Assembly: GCA_964573695.1 (NCBI GenBank)
Contig: CAZNKB010000001.1
Span: 132,497-196,496, forward strand
Length of the DNA: 64,000 bases
Direction: 5' to 3'
Source of the DNA: an uncultured Gammaproteobacteria bacterium
Lineage (GTDB): Bacteria > Patescibacteriota > Microgenomatia > UBA10105 > UBA927
Part shown: positions 40,329-49,381 of the stretch, piece by piece
Layout: the number at the start of each line of letters is the position of its first letter
Numbering within the stretch: the first letter of the stretch is position 1
Notes under the pieces: generated by a model
Told to the model about the DNA's origin: nothing
Databases searched by the model: none
Seen by the model: only the letters and a program-made list of their open reading frames with translations
Program-made: the position numbers and the translations under genes

Positions 40329-41426
40329 ATGCGCATTCTGGCAATCGAAACATCCTGCGACGAAACCGCTGCGGCAGTCGTAGAAAACGGCGTCCGCATT
40401 GTCACAAATGCGGTCGCTACGTCAAAGGAGATGCACGAAAAATACGGGGGGATCGTACCCGAAGTGGCCGCCCGCATGCAGCTTGAATACATTATTCCCG
40501 TTATTACGGAAGCACTTAGTCCATTGGCCCACGGCCATGACAACCGCGCAATCATAGAACACCATATCGACGCCATAGCTGTAACGGTGGGCCCGGGACT
40601 CGTCGGATCGCTTCTTGTCGGCGTGGAAACCGCAAAGACACTCGGGTTTGTCACCCATAAACCGGTGATCCCCGTCAATCATGTCCTGGCGCATATGTAT
40701 GCAAATTTCATTAACACAACACGTGACGAAAACAACTACCTAGCAAATTCAGAAAAACCGGAAATACAATTTCCCGCAATATCATTGGTTGTTTCGGGGG
40801 GACACACAGAGCTCTATCTTATGAAAAACGAAAAGGATCTCATATGGCTCGGCGGTACCCTTGATGACGCGGCCGGCGAGTGCTTTGACAAAACAGCGCG
40901 GTTATTAGGGTTCGGTCATGGAGGCGGTGTCGCAATTCAGGAGGCAGCCAGATCATCCGCAGGTCACAAATCCCAATTCACCGGTCTTTTACCCCGACCC
41001 ATGCTGGGAAAAGAAAACGTGTATAATTTTTCGTTCAGCGGACTAAAAACCGCAATCCTACGTGAAGTAACCAAACTCAAAGACCAAAATAAAATGGACG
41101 ATCAGGCCATTGCCCAATTATCACAGGAAGTGCAGGAAACAATTACCGACGTCCTGGTCAAAAAAACACTCGGGGCGGTAGATGCATTGGGGGCAAAGTC
41201 TCTTCTTCTCTCCGGAGGGGTATCTGCAAACATTCGTCTCAGAGAAAAATTCGCGTCATCGCTCGTTTCCATAGGGTCGTCCGCTCCTCAATTACACGTC
41301 CCTCCGGTGGCACTTTGTACCGACAACGCCGTATATATAGCGAGCTATGCGTATTTTCGCGGTATAAAAAAGGACTGGAAGTCTATCACTGCGCATCCCG
41401 ACCTATCTGTGGAAGTTTCCTCCTGA
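40329..41426 (+). CDS. tsaD: tRNA N6-adenosine threonylcarbamoyltransferase TsaD (Kae1/Gcp)
   Basis: MRILAIETSCDETAAAVVENG...VSGGHTELY...GGVSAN, the characteristic ASKHA-fold TsaD motifs. Confidence 0.85.
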   Translation: MRILAIETSCDETAAAVVENGVRIVTNAVATSKEMHEKYGGIVPEVAARMQLEYIIPVITEALSPLAHGHDNRAIIEHHIDAIAVTVGPGLVGSLLVGVETAKTLGFVTHKPVIPVNHVLAHMYANFINTTRDENNYLANSEKPEIQFPAISLVVSGGHTELYLMKNEKDLIWLGGTLDDAAGECFDKTARLLGFGHGGGVAIQEAARSSAGHKSQFTGLLPRPMLGKENVYNFSFSGLKTAILREVTKLKDQNKMDDQAIAQLSQEVQETITDVLVKKTLGAVDALGAKSLLLSGGVSANIRLREKFASSLVSIGSSAPQLHVPPVALCTDNAVYIASYAYFRGIKKDWKSITAHPDLSVEVSS

Positions 41427-41925
41427 TAATTTGTGCCTCCTCACGGCACCACGGAGAATATGGGGCCGGATTGGCATCCAGTTGGCCTAAAAATTCTACC
41501 CAGTCTATCCATTTCCAATCGTCCGTTTCTTCGGGATTTGGTTTGGGATTACCGTCATAATGCCCGATGATAATCGGACATATTTCGTTTTCGACGATAC
41601 CGTTTACATCAGCGAAACGATACTTGTACGGAGATAATTCGGTAAGCGTTACCCCATGAATTCCCAATTCCTCCGAAAGTCTCCGCGTCGCCGCGCCTAG
41701 AGGAGTTTCGTTTGGTTGGAGATGTCCGCACACCGTGTTTGTCCACACGCCGGGAAATGTTTTTTTGGCAGACGCACGCTTGGTCAGGAGCAACTCCCCG
41801 CGTGAATTAAATAAAAACAATGAAAATGCCCGATGAAGCGGCGTATCTGTCGTATGAACCGTGTCTTTATCAGACACTCCGATCGGGTTATTCTCTTCGT
41901 CTACCAGTACAACAAGTTCTGACAT
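41386..41925 (-). CDS. idi: Isopentenyl-diphosphate delta-isomerase, type 1 (Nudix family)
   Basis: HRAFSLFLFN, TNTVCGHLQ (the Cys-containing TNTCCSHP-type motif) and the conserved Glu region E-x-E. The 3' end overlaps tsaD convergently by ~40 nt. Confidence 0.7.
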   Translation of the reverse strand: MSELVVLVDEENNPIGVSDKDTVHTTDTPLHRAFSLFLFNSRGELLLTKRASAKKTFPGVWTNTVCGHLQPNETPLGAATRRLSEELGIHGVTLTELSPYKYRFADVNGIVENEICPIIIGHYDGNPKPNPEETDDWKWIDWVEFLGQLDANPAPYSPWCREEAQIIRRKLPQIGRDAQ

Positions 41926-41938
41926 TGTTAAATAAATT

Positions 41939-42098
41939 ATAGCAGGCACGTAAGTTATTTTGGGTGGGACTACCTTGTAAGTGGGACCGCTTGGAATCGG
42001 ACCAAGTACATCGATCTTATAGCAGGCACGTAAGTTATTTTGGGTGGGACTACCTTGTAAGTGGGACCGCTTGGAATCGGACCAAGTACATCGATCTT
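41939..42098. repeat. Perfect 80-bp tandem duplication (2 copies: 41939-42018 and 42019-42098)
   Basis: ATAGCAGGCACGTAAGTTATTTTGGGTGGGACTACCTTGTAAGTGGGACCGCTTGGAATCGGACCAAGTACATCGATCTT occurs twice head-to-tail with no mismatch. Confidence 0.9.
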
Positions 42099-42253
42099 AT
42101 AAGGATCGCGTTCTACCAATGAACTACGGTCCCCTACACTTTACACCCAAAATATTAATGTTCGTGCCTGATATATCGAAAACATCAATAGTAGAATCTA
42201 CAATGGTTGTTTTCGCTATAAGGATCGCGTTCTACCAATGAACTACGGTCCCC
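42099..42253. repeat. 36-bp perfect direct repeat (42099-42134 and 42218-42253) flanking an 83-bp spacer with inverted complementarity to the 80-bp unit
   Basis: ATAAGGATCGCGTTCTACCAATGAACTACGGTCCCC x2. The spacer contains CACCCAAAATATTAATGTTCGTGCCTGAT, an imperfect reverse complement of AGCAGGCACGTAAGTTATTTTGGGTG at the 5' end of the 80-bp unit. Confidence 0.85.
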
Positions 42254-42344
42254 ACAAAATTCACCAAAACGATAACGTTGCCTGACAACGGAAACTATTA
42301 CCCTAACGGTATAGATTGTATCAAAGCTGCAAGACGCGTGCTAC

Positions 42345-43742
42345 TTACGCCTGAAGAAGTTCTTCCATGCGGGCCTCTATTTCATAGGAGCGTTTCTTGG
42401 TTTTGGCAAATATGATAAAAGAAAATTTCTGCATACGCAGTAAATTTTCTGACGTCAGGATGACACCCTCTTTGGTTTCTTTGTTATACAGTATAGGTAA
42501 AAGACGGTCGAACAGCTGTGAAAAAGTAAGCCGTTTGAGATGTGGAACCATATATCCGTTATTGGAAAAAAGATATGTATCGAACATAAAGTTCTCACCG
42601 AACAACGCAACTGCCGTCGCGTAGACGAAGGTTCCGCCGGTACTCCGCACGTTACTCTCTGCGACATAGATGTCTCCGTTTCTCCCCGCGACACAGTCGA
42701 CATCAAAATATCCGCGGTATCCAGCCTGCGCAAATCTCTCTGCTATGTAAAAACCGGTATCCTTTATCTGTGCGGCCACCCTCTCCGGCATAATATCATC
42801 GCCTACCTCAATACCATGAAACTGCCCGCTTTTGTCTACAAGGACGCCACAATGATACAGAAAATCTATATGTCCGTTCCTCGAAATTTTAAATTCGACA
42901 TTGGGGTTTCCTCCGGCGACGCTCATGCTTACCGGTATGAGTTTTTCTATGATAATCGGGAATTGCTGCCAATAGGCATCTTTTTTCAAAAGGTCGAATA
43001 TTTTTTCCTGGCACGCATGAAATTCCACGGGTAAATCCCCGGGTCGAAATATCTCTACCCCAAGACCCGAATGACCTTTATTCGTCTTGATGACGACGCC
43101 CTGCTCTTTTATGTACCTAATAGCGGCAATTTTTGCAGCGTCCTCTATCCCGAAACAGATAACGCCGTCTGCCATTTTGAAATCCGGCTCCTCATTGCTG
43201 CTTTGTTGGGCAAGTTGTCTGATACCCGATTTACTGCCAAAAAAATTTACCGTCCATGCGTCCTCTTCATCCGGGGCGTCGGGCGTAAAGACGGTCAGTC
43301 CTTTTTCACGAAGCGAATGCACCAAATGAAGGAACGGCTGGCTCGCTGAGTAGCTGGTCAGCGTAAGTTTTTTTGTTGAGTTTGCCGCTTCAATAAGCGC
43401 GTTCATGATAGAAGGATCGTGGAGAATATCCTCACAAATAACGCCGCTATGTTGGCCGGTCGTTAACACGGTGAGCTTAGAGTCAGGAAACAACGAGCGA
43501 AAATATGCCAGAAACCGATCGCTCACACTTTGTGGTGTGATATAGAGAACCTCATCTTTTTCCCCGGCGAACTGAAACATCCGTGAGTCGCCCAAGTATC
43601 CGTTCTCAACAATTTCCGCACTCCGGGCGTCTGCGTTAGACATCGCAGAGATAAATGGCCACACGTCCTCAGACATGTTGAATATATATACGAGGACGTT
43701 ATGCTTTTTCTCCGGAACAATTTCTGCTGTCGATCCGTTCAT
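42345..43742 (-). CDS. ATP-grasp-like ligase domain protein (hypothetical)
   Basis: 465 aa. The C-terminal half (...GHSGLGVEIF..., ...YFDVDCVAGRNGDIYVAESNVR...) resembles the ATP-grasp catalytic core. The N-terminal half is unassigned. Confidence 0.4.
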   Translation of the reverse strand: MNGSTAEIVPEKKHNVLVYIFNMSEDVWPFISAMSNADARSAEIVENGYLGDSRMFQFAGEKDEVLYITPQSVSDRFLAYFRSLFPDSKLTVLTTGQHSGVICEDILHDPSIMNALIEAANSTKKLTLTSYSASQPFLHLVHSLREKGLTVFTPDAPDEEDAWTVNFFGSKSGIRQLAQQSSNEEPDFKMADGVICFGIEDAAKIAAIRYIKEQGVVIKTNKGHSGLGVEIFRPGDLPVEFHACQEKIFDLLKKDAYWQQFPIIIEKLIPVSMSVAGGNPNVEFKISRNGHIDFLYHCGVLVDKSGQFHGIEVGDDIMPERVAAQIKDTGFYIAERFAQAGYRGYFDVDCVAGRNGDIYVAESNVRSTGGTFVYATAVALFGENFMFDTYLFSNNGYMVPHLKRLTFSQLFDRLLPILYNKETKEGVILTSENLLRMQKFSFIIFAKTKKRSYEIEARMEELLQA

Positions 43743-43847
43743 GAAATGAAAAATCTACTACAATAGTACCCCTGATTCGTATACGGGATTTACAGAGCAT
43801 TACATGTTTTTTTTGTGTTGTAAAGAGAGGAGTTGTGGAAACAAATT

Positions 43848-46196
43848 TTATAATCTCGCCCGCTCCTGAATTTCCGCCTCAATAAGTTCGCGGGCTTGAC
43901 CGTATTTCAATCGGGAGAGTTGAATAATCGCTTTGGCGACTTCCTTGTTTTGCTCAGCGGAAACAACCTTCATGTCTTTCGACAGATCGATACTAAACGG
44001 TTTGACTGGTTCATTATGTACGATTGTTTTGATATACGCATTGTATTTATCAATATTGATGAGATCAATTTCATTAAACGTCGGCTGATATTCATGCTGA
44101 AGATAATTCGCGTCCGTTACTCCAACACGGAATGTGATAAGCGTACCGACGTTTCCGAAAACGGCGTTTTTCACCTCTTCTTCCATTTGTCCGATAAATT
44201 GGTTGGCGACGGTAAGACTAAGTCGATATTTCCGCGCTTCGGAAAGGATTTGCGCGAAATCCGGAGTGGCGAAATTTTGGAACTCGTCGACGTAGAGATA
44301 AAAATCGCGCCGCTTATCTTCGGATACGTCCTGTCTGCTCATCGCGGCAATCAGTATCCTGGGAACCAGAATCAACCCCAAAAAATTACTATTCTCTTCT
44401 CCTAATTTACCCTTGGAAAGATTAACCAGTAATATTTTCCCTTCGTCCATAACTTTCCTGAAATTAAAACTCGACTGCGATTGCCCGATAATATTACGCA
44501 TGAGCTTATTCGTGACGAAGCGTCCGAATTTGGAAACAATGTAATCAAGAACCTCTGATTTATGGAAATCCGCCGTCTGGGCGATTTGATCCGTCCAATA
44601 ACGACGGATGATCGGATCCTGTACTTTGGGCAATAATTCCTGGACAAAGTTACTGTCGGTAAGGATGCGCACTACCTCGATAAACGTGCTTCCCGGTTCG
44701 CTCATTACCGTCAACATGGCGTTTCTGACTGCGTGTTCGAACCGCGGCCCGATAATGCCCGTTTTCTGCGGATCATACAACTTATACATAAGTCCCACGA
44801 TAGATGTCACGACAAAATGTTTCTGCTCCTCCGTTTCCGCCTCCAACATATTGAGTCCCATAGGCCGTTCGGTATCCGAAGGATCAAAATAAATCACATC
44901 CTCCGCACGATCGGCCGGAATACGAGCAAGTATTCCGTCGATCAAATCCCCGTGCGGATCAATGACGGCAAGCCCTTTGCCGGCCTTGATATCCTGAATG
45001 ACGAGCTCTTCAAGGAGTTGCGATTTACCCGTACCCGTTTTTCCAATGACGTACATATGACGACGGCGATCCTCATCACCTATATATATCGGACGATCCA
45101 TACCCCTATATCTGGATATACCGATGAACTGACCGCTGGAAGCTATCTGCATCGGTGCCGGCGCGCGCTTGGCATTCAGCCAAAAAATATGGGGTGTTTC
45201 GACTGATTTATTCGGGAGATGATAAATGGTAGCTAACTCATCGCTGTTGAGCACCCCGTATTGTTTGAAAAATGGCAGATTCACCATGGGAAAATACCGG
45301 TAAATAAAATCGATCATAAAAAACTTCCTCATGGGATGTTTTACTTTCGAAAAATGATTATGATCCGAGGTAAACTGATGAAACGATGTAATGAGGTTTT
45401 CCAGATGTGCATCGGCGGCCTCTTTGGTTGTCGAGCTGACGACTAGCCGAATGACAGTGTTGAATCCAGGTTTCGAGACTTTCTGTTCAATGGATTCAAG
45501 CGTTTTCGGGTCGACCTTGAAGCTTGCTTTCTCGGGATTTGCTTCGTTTTTCTTCGTTTTGGATATGTATGATCTCCCAAGCCCCGCCCATTTGCTATCC
45601 GCCGGCTGAATAAGGATCTGAATGGCAGCCCCCTCGCCTTCGGACATTTTTGCAAGAACCGATGTCAGTGACGAAAGCGGATCTATCGGAAGATCGCGAT
45701 ATATCCGGATCGGGAGGTAATCGGAATTTTTGGGAGTAAGGGCAGCAAACGAGACTTTACCGGTTTCACTGAATATATTGTACTCATCGACGATTCTCAG
45801 ATCCGCACCGGGATATGAACCGTGTATCTGTTTTTCAATCAAATCGACAAAATGTTTGGGCGCTGCGATATAAAACCGTATATCTTCACGCTTAGCCACT
45901 ATCTCAAACGATATGTGCTCCTGTGGCTTGAGAAATGACCAAAATCCGCCATGATGAAGCGAGTGTAAACTGGCGAACATTTGTTCTGCTGCATCGATTT
46001 TTATCTCGTTGTCCCGCGGCGTCGCCACCTGAATGAGGGTATATTCCATGGAGTGTTTTTCCCGGTCACGATATTTCCACAAAATAAACAACGCGTATCC
46101 CAAAGCGGCAAACCCGATAAGACAAAACGTCAGGATTATAAGTGATATCCCCAATACTTCCAGCTGATAGGTGATGTCGGCAAATTCTAACGGCAT
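43848..46196 (-). CDS. VirB4/VirD4 (TraG/TraD)-type FtsK-HerA superfamily P-loop ATPase with N-terminal TM helix and ~330-aa uncharacterised extracytoplasmic domain
   Basis: Start taken at MPLEFAD (46194-46196). One TM (LGISLIILTFCLIGFAALGYALFILW). Walker A YVIGKTGTGKSQLLEEL, Walker B/DEAH-like LYVDEFQNF, and a C-terminal KYRLSLTVANQ segment typical of T4SS coupling/DNA-transfer ATPases. Confidence 0.6.
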   Translation of the reverse strand: MPLEFADITYQLEVLGISLIILTFCLIGFAALGYALFILWKYRDREKHSMEYTLIQVATPRDNEIKIDAAEQMFASLHSLHHGGFWSFLKPQEHISFEIVAKREDIRFYIAAPKHFVDLIEKQIHGSYPGADLRIVDEYNIFSETGKVSFAALTPKNSDYLPIRIYRDLPIDPLSSLTSVLAKMSEGEGAAIQILIQPADSKWAGLGRSYISKTKKNEANPEKASFKVDPKTLESIEQKVSKPGFNTVIRLVVSSTTKEAADAHLENLITSFHQFTSDHNHFSKVKHPMRKFFMIDFIYRYFPMVNLPFFKQYGVLNSDELATIYHLPNKSVETPHIFWLNAKRAPAPMQIASSGQFIGISRYRGMDRPIYIGDEDRRRHMYVIGKTGTGKSQLLEELVIQDIKAGKGLAVIDPHGDLIDGILARIPADRAEDVIYFDPSDTERPMGLNMLEAETEEQKHFVVTSIVGLMYKLYDPQKTGIIGPRFEHAVRNAMLTVMSEPGSTFIEVVRILTDSNFVQELLPKVQDPIIRRYWTDQIAQTADFHKSEVLDYIVSKFGRFVTNKLMRNIIGQSQSSFNFRKVMDEGKILLVNLSKGKLGEENSNFLGLILVPRILIAAMSRQDVSEDKRRDFYLYVDEFQNFATPDFAQILSEARKYRLSLTVANQFIGQMEEEVKNAVFGNVGTLITFRVGVTDANYLQHEYQPTFNEIDLINIDKYNAYIKTIVHNEPVKPFSIDLSKDMKVVSAEQNKEVAKAIIQLSRLKYGQARELIEAEIQERARL

Positions 46197-46200
46197 AACA

Positions 46201-46647
46201 TTATGATACTTTCGTTCGCACGGTTTTTCCGGAAATAGATGTGATCGTAAGGTGTACTTGTTGCAGCTGTCTCTTGCACCACTCGGCAAGCCAGCGCCAT
46301 GACGAAAGAATACTCTGATGAAGTCCTTTGGCGATTTGGTCGTCGGTAAGTGGAAGTGCTATGGTCGGCGGAGGGGCAGCTATCGCGACGGAGTCTCCCA
46401 AAGGCGCTACTCCCATACGCTCAACGATTTTGGGCAACACGACCGAATCAGAGCGCATTCTCACGCCGGCTTTGGCAACCTCGGCCGGTAGCTCGGTTTC
46501 TTTACCAAATTCCGTAATAACAGGCGATTCGACCGGTGCGGGTGAAAGCGGGGCTACTTCTTTTGCCATGCTTCCTGTTCTCGTCTGCGGAGACGGCGGC
46601 GCAGGAGTCGATGATGATGTGCTAGGCAGGGTGTCCATATAATTCAT
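46201..46647 (-). CDS. Hypothetical Pro/Ser-rich 148-aa protein, translationally coupled to the downstream ATPase
   Basis: Start chosen at MNYMD (46645-46647). Its stop abuts the ATG of the ATPase gene. Low-complexity PAPPSP/PAPVESP N-terminus, conserved-looking C-terminus (WRWLAEWCKRQL). Confidence 0.35.
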   Translation of the reverse strand: MNYMDTLPSTSSSTPAPPSPQTRTGSMAKEVAPLSPAPVESPVITEFGKETELPAEVAKAGVRMRSDSVVLPKIVERMGVAPLGDSVAIAAPPPTIALPLTDDQIAKGLHQSILSSWRWLAEWCKRQLQQVHLTITSISGKTVRTKVS

Positions 46648-46651
46648 TCTA

Positions 46652-48664
46652 TCATGAAGCAAAGGCAAATATGATGCCTCGCTGTGGCAAATCTCCCTTT
46701 CTTCTTTTTCGCTTGGGGCGCCCCCCGTTCGTTTGCGGCACGGCGACCTGTACTCCCGGCTGGCCGGATTCCCGAAGCAACACAAGATACCGAATTATCG
46801 CAAGCATGATCCATGGAGCTTGTACTGTTTCACCTTGTGCTCCTGTCGCCTCTGTGTCCCGTACGCTGTCACGATGCGCTTTTTTTGTTTTATTGGCATG
46901 TGGCACTTCCGACCTCGCAGGGTATGACACGATCCACGAAAGAATGAGTGCAAATATGAAGCGTCCGGTAATTATGGTCCTATGTTCCAGCGTATTCTCT
47001 TGCGCGGTAGCCACATCGGGAATTGCGATACGCCGCTTGTCTTGGTCCGAACGCGGATAAGGAGCCGGTAGCGGAAGAAAAAATAGCCGCGCAAGAACCT
47101 GCATGACTTCAACCCATTGGGGCACGTTCTTTTGGGCCGGTATGGTGTTTTTTTCAATGCCGCTATAGCGTTTGCCCTGAATGAAGGTGTCAGTGCGATG
47201 TAACTCAGGAACCGATGTCATCAAGCCTACCTTCTCACGTGGCGACCCTCCTAACACGCCATTCATCCTGGTAATAAATGCGCGCCACATGATCTCTACA
47301 GGAGACCCCGAAGATATGCGTTCTTTCTTTATGTGGTTCCGCAAAATTTCTGGCGCTCCAGATTTAAGCCTCTTCTCAATATTCTTTTCTGCTTCCCCAA
47401 GGAAGGCAAACCAATGCATCGTGGCGACAGATGCCACCGGCAATACGGGTCCGTAGGCTATCATAGTTTGTGTTATCCACCATTCGGACAATATGGATTT
47501 TGGATCAACGAGTGACGAGCTCTTCTCCGGGGAAATTACGGTTATTTTTTTCTCACCCGCAGGGGAATGTTTCCCTTCTTTTGTCACACGAAGCGAATTT
47601 TTGCTGTTCCCAGGTTCAATTCTTATTGGTTTTGTGTCAGTTTTTCGCACGTAGGGGACGCTGTTTTTCTGTTTCAGCGCTTGGATTTTATCTTCGATTT
47701 GATCGCGTACATAGGCGGCAATACGGGAGACTGAGTGGGCTGCATCAGCGATAGCAGGATTATGAGAAATCTGTTCCTGAGAGCGAACTGTTCTTGTCTC
47801 ACGCGCGTAAGATACGGTCTTATCCCCGGCGAACTGGGCTATAGCTATAGTGCGGATATCTTCGGCATAAATGGATCCCTTCGTTACAAAAAAGTGCGCA
47901 TACGAATTTGTCTCTTGTGGTCTATCTTCCTGAGTACTCTTACCATGGAACTCAGAAAGATGATGCATAAGATCTTTTGCTTCTTCCGAAGAAAAATCTT
48001 TGCCGGTCGTCGCGTATAAATCGATCTGCTGCGATATCACGTCGCCGCTTTCTGACTTTTGCCAAACCTGGACGTAGCGCACGGCATCCGGATGAGACAA
48101 CACACTCACGAACCCGTTTGACGAACCGTGTACCAATTTATCCTGCATAAGAAGCTGCGCCTCATGTTCCTGTTTGTTATACGCTTGGGGATTCCCGACG
48201 AATTCCGAATATTCTTTGGTGTGCTCCCACAGTTGTGAAAGCGTCACCATTTTTCCTCCGTACTCGGTTGCAAGCTCCACGCTTCCTGTACTTGTTTGTA
48301 TGGGGCGCCAACGCACGACGGATTCTTCGTGAGCAGCCTCTTTGTGTTCGTAGGACAAATCCTGCGCAAGACGCGCTTTAAACCGGTCGACGGCATGTTC
48401 ATGAACCTGTGCGTGACTCCAATCTGGATGTTCAAGGGCAACTTCCGGCTCTATAAAATGCATGAGGGAATATGTGGCTGCCTCAGAATTGAAACTGTGG
48501 TCCCCCCGCCAAACGGGGGCATCACCCTCTCCGTCGGTGTCTCCGATAACTTGTATACCCCGAAGTGTCATACGGTCTATATACCGTTCATGTTGCTCGG
48601 AGTCACCACGCATTTGCCGTGTAAACCGCGAAGAAATATCGTATGTCGGAGATGGTTTCTCCAT
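46652..48664 (-). CDS. Large hypothetical protein (670 aa) with C-terminal hydrophobic helices and basic tail; first gene of the ATPase operon
   Basis: Long uninterrupted ORF with ordinary, non-low-complexity composition, no motif I recognise, and two C-terminal hydrophobic segments followed by KRKRRK. Four nucleotides separate it from the next gene. Confidence 0.45.
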   Translation of the reverse strand: MEKPSPTYDISSRFTRQMRGDSEQHERYIDRMTLRGIQVIGDTDGEGDAPVWRGDHSFNSEAATYSLMHFIEPEVALEHPDWSHAQVHEHAVDRFKARLAQDLSYEHKEAAHEESVVRWRPIQTSTGSVELATEYGGKMVTLSQLWEHTKEYSEFVGNPQAYNKQEHEAQLLMQDKLVHGSSNGFVSVLSHPDAVRYVQVWQKSESGDVISQQIDLYATTGKDFSSEEAKDLMHHLSEFHGKSTQEDRPQETNSYAHFFVTKGSIYAEDIRTIAIAQFAGDKTVSYARETRTVRSQEQISHNPAIADAAHSVSRIAAYVRDQIEDKIQALKQKNSVPYVRKTDTKPIRIEPGNSKNSLRVTKEGKHSPAGEKKITVISPEKSSSLVDPKSILSEWWITQTMIAYGPVLPVASVATMHWFAFLGEAEKNIEKRLKSGAPEILRNHIKKERISSGSPVEIMWRAFITRMNGVLGGSPREKVGLMTSVPELHRTDTFIQGKRYSGIEKNTIPAQKNVPQWVEVMQVLARLFFLPLPAPYPRSDQDKRRIAIPDVATAQENTLEHRTIITGRFIFALILSWIVSYPARSEVPHANKTKKAHRDSVRDTEATGAQGETVQAPWIMLAIIRYLVLLRESGQPGVQVAVPQTNGGRPKRKRRKGDLPQRGIIFAFAS

Positions 48665-48785
48665 AAATGCTCCTGCTCGGGATTTGCAAGGGAGAGTTCC
48701 GGACTTTCCGCCAAGCAGCGGATTACCGTTGCGGCACAGTCGCTGAATTACACAGCGTTCCTCATGCCCTTACGTATGCTTCTTT

Positions 48786-49337
48786 TTACTTCTTTTGCGA
48801 CGTCCGGTCAATACCTGACCAGGTTACTTCAACAATACCTGCTTCGTGATTTATAAATCTGGCGAGCATAAAAAGCAGATCCGATAACCGATTGAGATAG
48901 ATAAATATTTTCGGATCGACTTCCTGTTTTTGCCCCAATGCTACCGTTTGCCGTTCGACTCTCCGGCATACTGCCCGAGACAGGTGAATCTCGGACGCGA
49001 GTTTGGTTCCTCCCGGGAGGATAAAATTTTTGAGTTTCGGCAATGTATCATCAAGGATATCTATCCGCTCTTCCATTTCCTTGACCCGGGTAAGGATGTG
49101 CTTCAAATCCGTCGTCCAACCTGCAAGATGACTCCCTATCGTAAACAGGTCGGATTGTATTGCAGAAAGAAACGCCTGTACGTCGGGAGACTGTATGTCG
49201 CTTGCGACTTTGCCGATCCAGGAGTTCAGCTCGTCTATGGATCCGTACACATCCACAAGCTCCTCACACTTGAGTACACGCTTGCCGCCAAAAAGTGACG
49301 TAGATCCGGTATCACCGGTTTTTGTGTAGATAGGCAT
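48786..49337 (-). CDS. pduO: ATP:cob(I)alamin adenosyltransferase, PduO/MMAB type
   Basis: MPIYTKTGDTGSTSLFGGKRV, the canonical PduO-type N-terminus. ~184 aa. Confidence 0.75.
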   Translation of the reverse strand: MPIYTKTGDTGSTSLFGGKRVLKCEELVDVYGSIDELNSWIGKVASDIQSPDVQAFLSAIQSDLFTIGSHLAGWTTDLKHILTRVKEMEERIDILDDTLPKLKNFILPGGTKLASEIHLSRAVCRRVERQTVALGQKQEVDPKIFIYLNRLSDLLFMLARFINHEAGIVEVTWSGIDRTSQKK

Positions 49338-49381
49338 ACGTTTTTTTATCGTTCCCGATGTAACGAGCGGTGATACCACCG

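Noticed and set aside
42044-42241. 65-aa ORF spanning the repeat locus
   Set aside because: Falls entirely within duplicated or structured noncoding DNA. No RBS and no coding-like composition.
41939-42253. Possible CRISPR array or tRNA gene in the repeat locus
   Set aside because: Only two copies of each repeat, the 80-bp units are contiguous with no spacers, and the 36-bp pair has a single spacer, which is not CRISPR architecture. No tRNA-like acceptor/T-arm (GTTCGAATC-type) could be folded.
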